Source: Escherichia phage vB_EcoM_ESCO10. From it: a stretch of DNA of 64,000 nt. The position numbers and the translations under genes were made by a program. Position 1 is the first letter of the stretch. Each line of letters opens with the position of its first letter. The DNA is taken from the sequence record OM386655.1; one strand, given 5' to 3'. The notes beneath the pieces were generated by a model. The model was given only the letters and a program-made list of their open reading frames with translations, searched no databases and had not been told where the DNA came from. Of this stretch, positions 1-11,172 are shown piece after piece.

Positions 1-148
1 TAAAAAACCATATGAAACCCACGGTGGGGTAACCCAACCTAGAACATCAAAGGTGTATGTTACAGGCAAAAAGGCTGTCCAGATGGCAGACCCGATTTCA
101 TGTGGTGATACAGTCGCCCAAGCCTCAGCAAAAGTGTTTATAAAATAG
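1..148 (+). CDS. 5.4: PAAR-type baseplate spike tip protein, C-terminal fragment (partial at window edge)
   Basis: Frame starting at nt 2 reads [48 protein letters not shown] then TAG at 146-148; lies directly upstream of gene 6 as in T4. Confidence 0.55.
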   Translation, partial: KKPYETHGGVTQPRTSKVYVTGKKAVQMADPISCGDTVAQASAKVFIK

Positions 149-156
149 GAAAACTA

Positions 157-2115
157 ATGGCTACTCCTACGAATTACCAATTAACAAGAACCGTTAACGC
201 TATCCCAAAAGTATTTGTGGGAGCTACGTTTGAAGAAATTAAAAAGAACATCATTGACTGGCTTTCTAGCCAGGAAGAATTTAAGGATTATGATTTCGTT
301 GGTTCTCGAATGAATATTCTTATCGATATGCTTGCTTATAATACGTTGTATATGCAGCAGTTTGCTAACACAGCTTTATACGAATCTTTTATAGGAACGG
401 CAAACCTTCGTTCTTCGGTTGTCCAGGCTGCACAAGATAACGGATATCTCCCTAGTTCTAAATCAGCGGCAAAAACTACGGTAATGCTTACTTGTACCCA
501 GGCCCTTAATGAAAAGAATATCCGTATCCCTAGAGGTACTAAATTCCTGGCTTATGCCCGTGATACATCAGCGGACCCGTATTCTTTTGTGACCACTGAT
601 AACGTTATTGCCGTACGCGATGTTAATAACCAATATTGGCCTATTGTTTCTTTGGCCCAGGGACGTATTATTCGTACTGAACTTAAATATGACCCTAAAA
701 CTCCTATTCTTATTCGTGACCCGGATATTGATAGACAAGAAGTTAAACTTTATGTTGATGGGGCCGAATGGATTAACTGGACTAATAAATCAATGGTCCA
801 TGCAGGCAGTACTTCAACAATTTATTATATGCGTGAAACCGTAGATGGTAATACAGAATTCTTCTTTGGTGAAGGTGAAGCCGAGAAATCCGTTGCCGGT
901 GGAGTATTAGAAGCTAATTATATCGGTGGTCTGAAACCTGTTAAAGATTCTACTATTGTTATCGAATATCTTCGTACAGACGGTGAAGTTGCTAACGGTG
1001 CAGTGGATTTCAGTTATGCAGACTCATTGGCTTATATAACCGTAGAAAAAATTACAGAAAACTATAATGACGACCCGGATTATGTGGGTGCTGACGGTGG
1101 CGGCGACCCTGAAGATATTGAACGCATTCGAGAGCTGGCTGTAGTTAAGCGTGAAGCCCAGATGCGTGCTGTTACAGGAACCGACTATGATACATTCGTG
1201 TCTGAACGTTTTGGTTCTATTGTACAGGCAGTACAAACCTTTACAGACTCAAATAAACCAGGTTATGCTTTTGTTACCATTAAACCTAAATCAGGGCTGT
1301 ATTTGACCGCTGTTCAACGTGAAGATATCCAAGATTATCTAAAAGAATTTAACTTAGCACCTATTACCCCTTCTGTTATTTCTCCCGACTATTTGTTCTT
1401 AAAGCATAAAATTAAAGTTTCTTATGCTCTGAATAAATTACAGGAATCTGAACAGTGGTTATCGGCTCAAATTCTTTCTCAGATAGATCGTTATTATATT
1501 AACGAAGTAGAAATTTTTAACCACGGTTTCGCTAAGTCTAAAATGTTGACTTATATTGATAATGCAGACCACAGTATTTTAGGTTCTTCGGCTACAGTAA
1601 CAATGGTTCGTGAGGTATTGAACTTTTTCAAAACTCCTGAGTCAGGTATTAAATACTATAATCAATACACTAACCGTTCTGTGGTTTCTAGTGAATTTGA
1701 GTTTGTCCCTACTAACGTTTCTGAAGACCTCCCATCATATAATGTCAGAATTGCTGCTACAGATAAAGATGAGCGTGGTGATGGTAAAATAATTATTGGT
1801 CCTTTCCGTCCAGGAGATGTGATTGAAAACCAATATATTAAACCTTATACAGGAAATGACTTTGATAAAATGCCGGCTCCTGCGGACCAATCTGTTTATT
1901 ACGTTATAGGTGAAATCGATTATTATTCGGATTTCATTTTCTGGGACATTGCGGCTATCGGTTTAACGTCTGATCGTTTTGAAGTTCAATCTATAGAACT
2001 TTATGCAGGACCTGACCAAGATAACATCTTTACAAAAGACGGTTCGTTAATTGTATTTGAAGATGACCTCCGCCCTCAATACACGACCATTGAATTAGAA
2101 CCTATTACAATATAA
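157..2115 (+). CDS. 6: baseplate wedge subunit gp6
   Basis: 652 aa; N-terminus MATPTNYQLTRT...FVGSRMNILIDMLAYNTLYMQQF closely matches T4 gp6 as recalled; synteny 5.4-6-7. Confidence 0.95.
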   Translation: MATPTNYQLTRTVNAIPKVFVGATFEEIKKNIIDWLSSQEEFKDYDFVGSRMNILIDMLAYNTLYMQQFANTALYESFIGTANLRSSVVQAAQDNGYLPSSKSAAKTTVMLTCTQALNEKNIRIPRGTKFLAYARDTSADPYSFVTTDNVIAVRDVNNQYWPIVSLAQGRIIRTELKYDPKTPILIRDPDIDRQEVKLYVDGAEWINWTNKSMVHAGSTSTIYYMRETVDGNTEFFFGEGEAEKSVAGGVLEANYIGGLKPVKDSTIVIEYLRTDGEVANGAVDFSYADSLAYITVEKITENYNDDPDYVGADGGGDPEDIERIRELAVVKREAQMRAVTGTDYDTFVSERFGSIVQAVQTFTDSNKPGYAFVTIKPKSGLYLTAVQREDIQDYLKEFNLAPITPSVISPDYLFLKHKIKVSYALNKLQESEQWLSAQILSQIDRYYINEVEIFNHGFAKSKMLTYIDNADHSILGSSATVTMVREVLNFFKTPESGIKYYNQYTNRSVVSSEFEFVPTNVSEDLPSYNVRIAATDKDERGDGKIIIGPFRPGDVIENQYIKPYTGNDFDKMPAPADQSVYYVIGEIDYYSDFIFWDIAAIGLTSDRFEVQSIELYAGPDQDNIFTKDGSLIVFEDDLRPQYTTIELEPITI

Positions 2116-2143
2116 GCCTCTTAGGAGGCTTTGAGGAGATTTA

Positions 2144-5100
2144 ATGTCTGTACAAGCGCCTTCCGTTACTAGTTTGAGAATCGATAAACTCTCGGCTAAC
2201 CATGTAAGTATTCTTTGGGATGACGTAGGCGCCAATTTCTATTATTTCGTAGAACTGGCCCAAACCAAGGATGCGGGTGAATCTATACCCGATGATAAGT
2301 TATTTTGGAGAAATTTAGGTTATACCCCGAACAACAATTGGTTCGAAGAAAGATTTATTTCTCCTAATTCGTTTTATAAAATGCGTGTCGCTGTAGCAGC
2401 TCAAGGATTTGAACAATCTGACTGGGTTTATACAGAAGAATTCGAGACATTTTCTACCAACGCATATACCTTCGAGCATATGCGAGAATTCACTTTATCT
2501 AATAAATTCATTGAAGAAAAATTTACCAAAAATAACCAGAGTTACGTGGATTTTAATAGTGACGCCATTATGGCTTCTATGATGGCCGAAGATTTTACTT
2601 GGACTCCGGCATATTCGCACCTTTCTTCAATTTCTAATTATGTATTAAAGGCCGACCGCTTCCATGAGATTCAAGGAAGTATCCAAGCTGTTTGTAAAGA
2701 CCCTAATCGTTCCATTTTAATGGAGCTTGGTGGAGTACTTTATCTTTTAGAAAGATTTCAGAACACTGCTAAGGTATCTAATGACAAAGCTCAAAACTGG
2801 CACTATATTCGCCTGTTTAACGACCGAGTTGGTAATCCGGTTTCACGTACGGCCCATTACCAAACAGACACCACAACTTATGTTTTAGGTTATGATCGTA
2901 TATTTTACGGACGTAAATCGAGCGATATCAGATGGTCTGCTGATGATGTACGTTTTAGCTCGCAAGATGTGACTTTTGCTAAAATTGGTAGTGATATTGA
3001 CCTTGATTTTGAAATTGAAATTTTTGGTTCTTATGCTCGTTTACCGTTAGCTATTTCTACTATAGCAGAGGCAATATGTGCTTCGGATGATTTTATTTAC
3101 GTAGCTGCTAGAGACAGAGTTTATAAAGCAAAAACCACTGATGCCCCTATTGACACCGATCCAGGTTCACCTACTTACGGTGAAAAAATATTTGAAAGTG
3201 GATATTCTTCTATAACAGGTAATCCTAAAGCGGTTTGTTATAAACTGGATTCTATTCAGGGAAATACCTTTGCCTTAATTACAGGCGAAGTTAAAGAAGA
3301 AAGAATGGACCCTACTAAAGAAGAAAACGTGGTTGATTCTGAATCTAAAGGTGTTTATTGGCTTGATGTCGAAACCGATACATGGACCCGAGTATTTGGT
3401 AATACTGAAGAAGAGAGACGCCGTATTGAGCATGGTTATACCAGCATGTCTACAGATGGTGAAGAAATATTCTTTAGTTCTAGCAACTTCAAATATGAGG
3501 TAGAAGTTGACAATGAATTGCCTTTAGAATACCCTATCGTGGCTTCTGCAGTAAAATACGTTAAGGATGAGCAGTGGATTCACGATAAACACTATCTTAT
3601 GATGAGCTTTAGGGCTAACAGTAAATCAGATTTTAAAGAATTCAAACCTGGTAGAATGGCTTATTATGCTGAACCGTTCTTTAGTTGGTCTAGACGTGAT
3701 GGGACCCGCTCTTGGATTACCACAAGTAATCATGTAATGGTGGTTTATAATGATGCTTTATATCAGAAAATTATTGATTTAAACAGTGGTTCTTCTCCTG
3801 AACGTATTATCCGTGAAATTTGGAATAAAGGCTTTTGTACTGTAACATGCCCTAACATCGAATTCAATGGGTTTAAAAAATATTCTTCAGGTATCATGAT
3901 TCATAAATCATCAGGTGAATTGGTAGGATATTTTGAGTTCGATTATCGAGTTCGAGACGAGGTTAGAATAATTTGGAAGCCTAAAGAAATAATGTTTACG
4001 GCTGAGCTCCAAAACCAAGAGCATGAGATTCCATGGACTCCTAAAGAAGAAACCGGTGAACAGGACCCTGATTTGCGTCCTTTATTGGTTAAAATGGTTC
4101 CTGATAGTTATTTGCTTCAAGATTCTAACTTTGAAAAATTCTGCGAATATTATCTTCAATTTATTAGTGATGGCTCCGGCACCCATTATAATAATCTATT
4201 AAATCTTATTCGCAACCAATATCCTAGAGAAGAAGATGCATGGGAATACTTATGGTCCGAAATCTATAAACGTAATATCTATTTGTCTAAAGAAAAGCGT
4301 GATGAAGTAGTTCGTTTCTTCCAGGCTCGACAATCTGATTTCTGGTCTACAAAAGGTACCGAAGCTTCTTATAAGTTCTTGTTTAAATTGCTTTATAACG
4401 AAGATGTTGAAATTGATATCGAGTCTAAAAACTCTATTGAATACGATATCATCGTAGAATCTGATAATATCAGTGAAGATATAGTCGGCCAAACAATTTA
4501 TACTCCTACAGGAAGAAGTAATGTTACTTATATAGAACGAAATTATAAAGATGGTAAATTGCAATGGCGTTTAACCATTCATAATCTTTTAGGTCGTTTT
4601 ATAGTGGGTCAAGAGATTAAATCTGAACGCACATCATTTAAAGGTATGATAGTGCAGGGTGTACGCGGTAAAGAATTGTTAAGTAACAATATCGATTATA
4701 TTAACCGCAACCGTTCTTATTATGTTATGACTATTAAATCAAACCTCCCAACTTCTCGCTATCGTAATGACGTGTTGAGATTTGTCCATCCGGTAGGATT
4801 TGGTTTTATAGGGATTACATTGCTTTCTATGTTTGTTAATGTCGGTTTGACATTAAAGCACACGGAAACCATTATTAATATACTTAAGAACTATAAGTGG
4901 GACTCGGGACTTCCGTCAGAATGGTATGATAGAGTTGCTGTAATCGGATTTGATGGTAATATAGAACGAGACCCTAGAACAGGGCTCCCGGTTTATAATG
5001 TCGGTCCGAAAGCAGGTGAACCATTCCCTATTCCGGCAGATTATGATACAGAAAATGATTTCTCTGTATTCCAAGGCCAATTACCTCATGAACGTATTAA

Positions 5101-5236
5101 AAAGCACAGTCCTTTATTTGACCAAAGCGCGGTAACATTTTCAAAATGGCGAGCTTTAGTTGACGACAGACTTAAAGCTGATATCGGAAACCCTAGAGAC
5201 CCACAAGACCCAACTCAGGTAAAAATTGATGATTAA
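2144..5236 (+). CDS. 7: baseplate wedge initiator gp7
   Basis: 1030 aa ORF, size and position as T4 gp7; SD GAGGAG upstream. Confidence 0.93.
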   Translation: MSVQAPSVTSLRIDKLSANHVSILWDDVGANFYYFVELAQTKDAGESIPDDKLFWRNLGYTPNNNWFEERFISPNSFYKMRVAVAAQGFEQSDWVYTEEFETFSTNAYTFEHMREFTLSNKFIEEKFTKNNQSYVDFNSDAIMASMMAEDFTWTPAYSHLSSISNYVLKADRFHEIQGSIQAVCKDPNRSILMELGGVLYLLERFQNTAKVSNDKAQNWHYIRLFNDRVGNPVSRTAHYQTDTTTYVLGYDRIFYGRKSSDIRWSADDVRFSSQDVTFAKIGSDIDLDFEIEIFGSYARLPLAISTIAEAICASDDFIYVAARDRVYKAKTTDAPIDTDPGSPTYGEKIFESGYSSITGNPKAVCYKLDSIQGNTFALITGEVKEERMDPTKEENVVDSESKGVYWLDVETDTWTRVFGNTEEERRRIEHGYTSMSTDGEEIFFSSSNFKYEVEVDNELPLEYPIVASAVKYVKDEQWIHDKHYLMMSFRANSKSDFKEFKPGRMAYYAEPFFSWSRRDGTRSWITTSNHVMVVYNDALYQKIIDLNSGSSPERIIREIWNKGFCTVTCPNIEFNGFKKYSSGIMIHKSSGELVGYFEFDYRVRDEVRIIWKPKEIMFTAELQNQEHEIPWTPKEETGEQDPDLRPLLVKMVPDSYLLQDSNFEKFCEYYLQFISDGSGTHYNNLLNLIRNQYPREEDAWEYLWSEIYKRNIYLSKEKRDEVVRFFQARQSDFWSTKGTEASYKFLFKLLYNEDVEIDIESKNSIEYDIIVESDNISEDIVGQTIYTPTGRSNVTYIERNYKDGKLQWRLTIHNLLGRFIVGQEIKSERTSFKGMIVQGVRGKELLSNNIDYINRNRSYYVMTIKSNLPTSRYRNDVLRFVHPVGFGFIGITLLSMFVNVGLTLKHTETIINILKNYKWDSGLPSEWYDRVAVIGFDGNIERDPRTGLPVYNVGPKAGEPFPIPADYDTENDFSVFQGQLPHERIKKHSPLFDQSAVTFSKWRALVDDRLKADIGNPRDPQDPTQVKIDD

Positions 5237-6233
5237 CTCAACAGTAATATACCGTTCTATTGTTACTTCTAAATTTAGAACGGAAAAAATGTACAACTTT
5301 TACAGAACAATCGGTGATGGCGAAGACCAGAACACGATGTATGTATCTTTCGGAAGAGCCCAACCATGGGCTCCTAACGAAAACGACCCAGGCTTTGCTC
5401 CGCCGTATCCTGTGGATGATTCTGAGGGCGTAGAGGATGTCTGGACAAACATGATGGGTTGTGTTAAGGTTTATAAGAGTATGCTGGATTGTGTTGTTCC
5501 TCGCAAAGACTGGGGCGATACCTCTTATCCTAATCCTTTCACATTCCAGATTGGTGAAATTGTAGTGGCGAATAGCCAGCCACAAAACCGTACTGATGTC
5601 GGTGCAGGTTGGATGGTTTATCGTTGTGTAGACGTTCCTGAATCTGGAGCATGCTCTATTTTATCTCTTGATAACAAAACAGAGTGTATTAAACTTGGTG
5701 GTAAATGGACCGCTAATGTCCCTTCAGTTAAAGCCCCAGCTGGACAAGGTGACACTGAAGGTATGGTTGATACAGGCGACGGTTATCTTTGGGAATATCT
5801 TTATGAGATTCCACCTGATGTGAGCATTAACCGTTGTACCAATGAATACATTGTGGTTCCATGGCCGGAAGAAATTGCTGAAGACCCCGAACGTTGGGGA
5901 TATGAAAATAACCTCACTTGGCAACAAGATGATTATGGGTTGATTTATCGTATTAAAGGCAATACTATTCGTTTTAAAGCATTCCTAGATTCGGTTTATT
6001 TCCCTGAATTTAGTTTGCCAGGGAATAAAGGATTTAGACAACTTTCAATAATTTCTAACCCATTGGAAGCTAAAGCCCACCCATCCGATCCGATCATTAA
6101 AGCCGAAAAAGAGTACTATGATGTTATAGACCTCTCCCGCCACTCAGGTGAAATGATTTATATGGAAAACCGTCCTCCGGTTATTCGTTCCATGGACCAA
6201 ACCGAAGAAATTAACATTATCTTCGAATTCTAG
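5229..6233 (+). CDS. 8: baseplate wedge subunit gp8
   Basis: ORF track starts at TTG 5226; in-frame ATG at 5229 gives MINSTVIYRSIVTSKFRTEK matching T4 gp8 N-terminus; overlaps gene 7 stop. Confidence 0.92.
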   Translation: MINSTVIYRSIVTSKFRTEKMYNFYRTIGDGEDQNTMYVSFGRAQPWAPNENDPGFAPPYPVDDSEGVEDVWTNMMGCVKVYKSMLDCVVPRKDWGDTSYPNPFTFQIGEIVVANSQPQNRTDVGAGWMVYRCVDVPESGACSILSLDNKTECIKLGGKWTANVPSVKAPAGQGDTEGMVDTGDGYLWEYLYEIPPDVSINRCTNEYIVVPWPEEIAEDPERWGYENNLTWQQDDYGLIYRIKGNTIRFKAFLDSVYFPEFSLPGNKGFRQLSIISNPLEAKAHPSDPIIKAEKEYYDVIDLSRHSGEMIYMENRPPVIRSMDQTEEINIIFEF

Positions 6234-6294
6234 AAAGGGGCCGCAAGGCCCTTTCGGGGGTATAAATACGTTATATCAATAATGAGGCATACCT

Positions 6295-7155
6295 ATGATT
6301 AAGCAAACTGGTAAATTACTAATTGACGTTGGTGAAATTGGTAATGCTAGCACCGGCGACATCTTATATGACGGTGGTGTTAAACTAAACACCGACTTAA
6401 ACAACATCTATAATACCTTTGGTGACCAACGTAAGGCATCTCTTACAGGCGAAACTACCGGCCAGAAATTACACGCCACCGGATATTACCAAAAATTCGG
6501 CGATTCAGACCAAGCAGGTTCTGTTGACCTTGGCTCCTTGGTTGATATTGATGCTTCCACAGGCTCTATAGTTTTAACTACGGTAAAAGGGGCTGTGGGT
6601 GAAGGTATTGAAATAATTAACTCTAATGGAAGTATTTCAGCTACTAATTATCTTGAAATCCGTATATTGGACTCGTTTTTAAACCACCCTACATCAACTC
6701 TAAGAATAGTAACCCCTTATACTCGAGTTCTGTTATGGTGCGTAAGTGATATAAACGGGATAGCTGTATGGGATTATTCTATTGAGAGTATGTTTGGTGA
6801 TAAACGAGTACCGTTAAATAGAACATATAACATTTCTGACGTATCTAGAGATATCCCGGTGGTTTTTTCAGGACAATATTCTTTGGTCAAGCTTTTAGTT
6901 ACAGCAGTAAATGCTAATGAAACCATTTATAAAGCTTCTGAATATCTTTTGTTTATGGATAACCAAGCTAAAAAAATATATTCTACAGAATATGCCGTTA
7001 TCCGTCGTGGACAGGCCACTGATGAAGACGAAATTTACAAACTCGATTTTAAATTTGATACCTCTAACTATATAGTGGCTACGGCATCATCTGAAACCCC
7101 TATGAGATTAGCAATTAAAGTCGTAGATACCCAAACTATTGGAGTTCCAGTATAA
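6295..7155 (+). CDS. 9: baseplate wedge tail fiber connector gp9
   Basis: 286 aa; GEIGNASTGDILYDGG and WDYSIESMFG motifs as in T4 gp9; late promoter TATAAATA 27 nt upstream. Confidence 0.93.
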   Translation: MIKQTGKLLIDVGEIGNASTGDILYDGGVKLNTDLNNIYNTFGDQRKASLTGETTGQKLHATGYYQKFGDSDQAGSVDLGSLVDIDASTGSIVLTTVKGAVGEGIEIINSNGSISATNYLEIRILDSFLNHPTSTLRIVTPYTRVLLWCVSDINGIAVWDYSIESMFGDKRVPLNRTYNISDVSRDIPVVFSGQYSLVKLLVTAVNANETIYKASEYLLFMDNQAKKIYSTEYAVIRRGQATDEDEIYKLDFKFDTSNYIVATASSETPMRLAIKVVDTQTIGVPV

Positions 7156-8966
7156 TGAAACAAGAATTAAAAATAGGCCAGGCCGTTGACGATGGCTCCG
7201 GAGATTACCTGCGTGCAGGTGGTCTAAAAATCAATAATAACTTTAATGAGTTATACTATCAATTAGGTGATGGAGATAATCCTCACGCGGCTGGTGCCTG
7301 GAAACAATATTCTACTGCAGATGGTCCTTTACTTAATGCTGTTATGGGTCATAGCTATACGTTGAATACCCAAGGTGGAAGGATTAACGTTCAGCTTCCT
7401 AAAGGCACCCCTTCAGAGTATAACTTTGTAATTCGTTTGCGTGATGTTTATTCTTCTTGGCAAGCGAACCCTGTAACAATTATACCTGCTCCAGGCGATA
7501 CGATTAAAGGCTCTGCTGTTCAAGTTGAAATAGCACGTAATTTCGCTGACCTTGAACTTGTTTATTGTGCTCCAGGGCGTTGGGAATATGTTGAGAATAA
7601 GCAAGTTAACCGTATCCCAAATAACGACCTCGCTACTGTAGCAACCAAACAGTTTATTGCTACTGAAGGTCAAACTGATTTCTTGGATATTTTCCCAGGA
7701 TTGACCTATAATATTTCTAGTCTTAGTGTAATTCAACGCGGTAACACCCTGTTTTATGGTGTAGATGATATATTTGATGAAGCCACTTCAGAGTTTGGTA
7801 GCCCAGGCACTAACCCGGGTGAATTGGTTGAATTGAATGGTAAAGATATCCGTTTGAAATATCCATGTGAAGCCGGTGATACAGTAATCATTAAATCATA
7901 TAATGATGGGTTGGCTCAATGGCGTAGTTCTTACAATCGTCGTGATATTACAATTTTAGATAAAGCTTTGACTCACGAAACATCAGTCAATGGTTCTAAA
8001 ATAGTATTAGACCTTTCTACTATACAAACCATTACAGCAGTAGAATTAAATGTTTCTCCTACAAGCCCTATTAACCCTAATGCTTGCCAGGTAATGCTTA
8101 ACAGTACATTAATGCATCAAGCAGGCACCGCAGGTTATCCAGCATTTTATTGTGAAGGTGTTGATACGGATGATGCAGGCCTTTGTGCTGATTCAGGCGG
8201 CGTGTGGACCCAATCTAAATCTGATTATATTTTGAATATTGCAGATGACGATAAAATTGAATCATTCGAATTTGGACGTAAATTAGAACATGGTGATATC
8301 CTTACCGTAATTTGGTACAATAATGATATTGGTACTACCATGACTATTGACGAGATTTTAGATACTACAAATGATATCTACATTTCTCAAGGACCTTCGG
8401 TGTCTTTAACAGGACAAGTTCGTATTACTGACGTAGATAATCCGTTTTCTCCTAACTTTGAACCGGTGGCAGAATCCGAAGTTTCTATTAATACAGCTGC
8501 AGTTATGTTTGATTTGTTCCACCCAATAGGGACGATTTATGAAAACACCGTGAACCCTAATAACCCTGCAACTTATATGGGTATGGGCAGTTGGAAACGT
8601 TTATCAGATAGTTTCCTTGTAGGTTGGTCACCAGATGCAGATTCGTTGTTCAATGCGAACAATAATGATTTGGATTCTGCAGGTGTTCCGCAGTCTACTG
8701 CAGGTGGTACAGGTGGCTCTCATAATATTTCTATTAAGTATGAAAACGTTCCTGAACTTACTACCGATGAAAAGGTTCTTGTTGCTGATGATAATGGTAC
8801 TGTGGTTGTTGGTGGCTGTTTGGTTGACCCGGATGCACAAGGCCCTGCTTATACTAAATATCGTGAAGATAATGCCACGATTAATAAACAACAATCTACC
8901 ACGCCTATTCCAATTGGTACTTTGCCTCCATATACAACCGTTTATCGCTGGGTGAGGATTGCGTAA
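7155..8966 (+). CDS. 10: baseplate wedge subunit and tail pin gp10
   Basis: 603 aa; N-terminus MKQELKIGQAVDDGSGDYLRAGGLKINNNFNELYYQLGDGD resembles T4 gp10; ATGA overlap with gene 9. Confidence 0.93.
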   Translation: MKQELKIGQAVDDGSGDYLRAGGLKINNNFNELYYQLGDGDNPHAAGAWKQYSTADGPLLNAVMGHSYTLNTQGGRINVQLPKGTPSEYNFVIRLRDVYSSWQANPVTIIPAPGDTIKGSAVQVEIARNFADLELVYCAPGRWEYVENKQVNRIPNNDLATVATKQFIATEGQTDFLDIFPGLTYNISSLSVIQRGNTLFYGVDDIFDEATSEFGSPGTNPGELVELNGKDIRLKYPCEAGDTVIIKSYNDGLAQWRSSYNRRDITILDKALTHETSVNGSKIVLDLSTIQTITAVELNVSPTSPINPNACQVMLNSTLMHQAGTAGYPAFYCEGVDTDDAGLCADSGGVWTQSKSDYILNIADDDKIESFEFGRKLEHGDILTVIWYNNDIGTTMTIDEILDTTNDIYISQGPSVSLTGQVRITDVDNPFSPNFEPVAESEVSINTAAVMFDLFHPIGTIYENTVNPNNPATYMGMGSWKRLSDSFLVGWSPDADSLFNANNNDLDSAGVPQSTAGGTGGSHNISIKYENVPELTTDEKVLVADDNGTVVVGGCLVDPDAQGPAYTKYREDNATINKQQSTTPIPIGTLPPYTTVYRWVRIA

Positions 8967-9631
8967 TGACTTTAACAGAAATGAAAAGCGGGTTAAAATC
9001 CCGCCTTGCCGACTTTTTAGAATTTTCTTTTACAACTAATCAACCTGCCGCTGTGGCAGGTCAACGCCCTATTGGTGGACCGTCAGCAAACCAAACCCGA
9101 AAAGGTGTTTATTATCCTACGGTCCAAAGCGCTATTGATGATATTGCTTTCCGCGCAGAACTTCCTGTTAATGCAGTGATAACTACTACTGAAAACAGAG
9201 CACCGGGTTTTATCCAACAATCAGATAAATTAACTTTCTCTGGTTCCATTTCTTCCGGTGGCGAATTAGGCGATACGGTTATAATTAAGGTATTTGGCCT
9301 ACCGGTAGAAGTTATTGTGGGTGATTCTTCTGTTCTGGTTGCTTCTAAAGTTAACGATGTTTTTATAAGCGCTATTGCTAATAGTTATATTTTGGCAGAA
9401 ACCTCTATCGACCCTCTGGACCAATCTACTTTAAACATTAAATATAACGACTACCAAAACCATATTTTTGAGCCATTTAAACAAGCAGGATGTACCATTT
9501 CCCAAACCATAGTCCAAGAGCCTCGTGCAGGTTATGGGTACTGGGAATATTTAGGTTCTACTACAGAATCTATGACTGGTGGAACTATAAATGGAACAAC
9601 AACTTTATATCACTATAAGCGAGTAAGTTAA
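8966..9631 (+). CDS. 11: baseplate wedge subunit and tail pin gp11
   Basis: 221 aa, size and position as T4 gp11 (219 aa); coupled to gene 10. Confidence 0.9.
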   Translation: MTLTEMKSGLKSRLADFLEFSFTTNQPAAVAGQRPIGGPSANQTRKGVYYPTVQSAIDDIAFRAELPVNAVITTTENRAPGFIQQSDKLTFSGSISSGGELGDTVIIKVFGLPVEVIVGDSSVLVASKVNDVFISAIANSYILAETSIDPLDQSTLNIKYNDYQNHIFEPFKQAGCTISQTIVQEPRAGYGYWEYLGSTTESMTGGTINGTTTLYHYKRVS

Positions 9632-11163
9632 TGTCTACAAATACACTAAAACATATAAGTGATAAATCAGAATTTAAAACATTCGACCCTACTGGGTCGA
9701 ATTTTGACCCCAGTATTACCAACGTCCAAGACGCATTATCATCCATTTCCGCTATAGGTGTTACAGGTGATATTCCAGCTGCATCTGAAACAGAACAAGG
9801 TATTATTAGATTAGCCACCCAACAAGAAGTTATTGATGGTACTGATACTTTCACTGCGGTGACCCCTGCTACTTTAAAAGGACGCTTGGATATCCCTACT
9901 CAAGCAACAGAAACTTATGTAGGTATTACTCGTTATGCTACTAATGGCGAGGCCATCGCCGGGACAGAGACCCAGGCTGCAATCGTAGCATCATCTTTGA
10001 AGGCTACTATAGATTATACATTCACTAATCGTTTAGCCACAGAGAACACTACAGGCGTACTCAAGATTTCAACCCTGCCAGCGGCTTTAGCGGGTACAGA
10101 TGATACTACGGCTATGACACCTCTGAAAACCGCACAGGCAATTGGAGCTGCTACATCGGCTTTACCTACTTATGCAAGTGCCACGCAAACCACTGAAGGT
10201 ATTGTTAGAATCGCAACAAATGCTGAAGTGGCAAACGGTACATTGACCAATGGTGTGGCAATTTCTCCTTCAGGGTTAAAATCCCTAACTTCTACCCAAG
10301 GACGTGCAGGTATTATTAGATTGGCCACTCCACAAGAAGCTTCTGCCGGTAGTAATTCTAATATAGCTTTATCTCCTTCAACTCTTCTTTCTCGTACTGG
10401 TACTACCGGAAGGGTTGGTGTTGTTAAATTGACTACCACGGTAGGTTCTGGTGACGGAAGTACAGCATTGGCATATAATGCTAACGTTATTTCTACCACC
10501 GGCGGTACTATTAATGGTACTTTAAACGTTAATGGTACTTTACGTCGTAATGGGCGTGATGTTGTTACTGTCGACCAATTAAAAGATTCTGTTCCTATTG
10601 GTACTATCGTTATGTGGGGAGGCCAAATTAATAATATCCCTGCAGGTTGGGCCGTTTGTGATGGCGGTAACTCTGGTGAGCAAGGATTCCGGAACGTAGT
10701 TGGTAGTAAATGGGGTTCAACCGGTGCTCGTCCTGACTTCCGTGGATTATATCCTAGAGGTGCAAACCAAACTAATGACGGTGGATTAAAAGAATGGGAC
10801 GCTAACGTTAGAATCAGAGACGCCAAAGGTAACGACGCTAAAGGCAAACCTAAATTGGGTGTTGGTGTAGGCTCTTATGGTCATGGTACTGTACAAGCTC
10901 AACAACTTCGTTTCCATAAACATGCCGGTGGTTTTGGTGAGCATGATAACTCAGGTGCTTTTGGTAACACGGTTCGTTCTAACTTTGCAGGTACTCGTAA
11001 AGGATTGGACTGGGATAACCGTTCTTACTTTACAAACGAAGGATACGAAATTGACGGTTCAGGTTCACGAGATTCAAGAACCACCCTAAATAGTGAAGGG
11101 TTAATTGGTAACGAAAACCGTCCTTGGACTATGTCCATTCTATTCATTATTAAAGTTGCTTAA
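9631..11163 (+). CDS. 12: short tail fiber protein gp12
   Basis: 510 aa; Thr/Gly-rich repeats (GIIRLATQQE, GIVRIATNAE, GIIRLATPQE) typical of T4 gp12; synteny. Confidence 0.92.
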   Translation: MSTNTLKHISDKSEFKTFDPTGSNFDPSITNVQDALSSISAIGVTGDIPAASETEQGIIRLATQQEVIDGTDTFTAVTPATLKGRLDIPTQATETYVGITRYATNGEAIAGTETQAAIVASSLKATIDYTFTNRLATENTTGVLKISTLPAALAGTDDTTAMTPLKTAQAIGAATSALPTYASATQTTEGIVRIATNAEVANGTLTNGVAISPSGLKSLTSTQGRAGIIRLATPQEASAGSNSNIALSPSTLLSRTGTTGRVGVVKLTTTVGSGDGSTALAYNANVISTTGGTINGTLNVNGTLRRNGRDVVTVDQLKDSVPIGTIVMWGGQINNIPAGWAVCDGGNSGEQGFRNVVGSKWGSTGARPDFRGLYPRGANQTNDGGLKEWDANVRIRDAKGNDAKGKPKLGVGVGSYGHGTVQAQQLRFHKHAGGFGEHDNSGAFGNTVRSNFAGTRKGLDWDNRSYFTNEGYEIDGSGSRDSRTTLNSEGLIGNENRPWTMSILFIIKVA

Positions 11164-11172
11164 GGAAATAAA

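Noticed and set aside
10170-10847. 225-aa minus-strand ORF, Pro-rich
   Set aside because: Lies entirely antisense within gene 12; Pro-rich reading is the antisense of Gly/Thr-rich repeats; no start context
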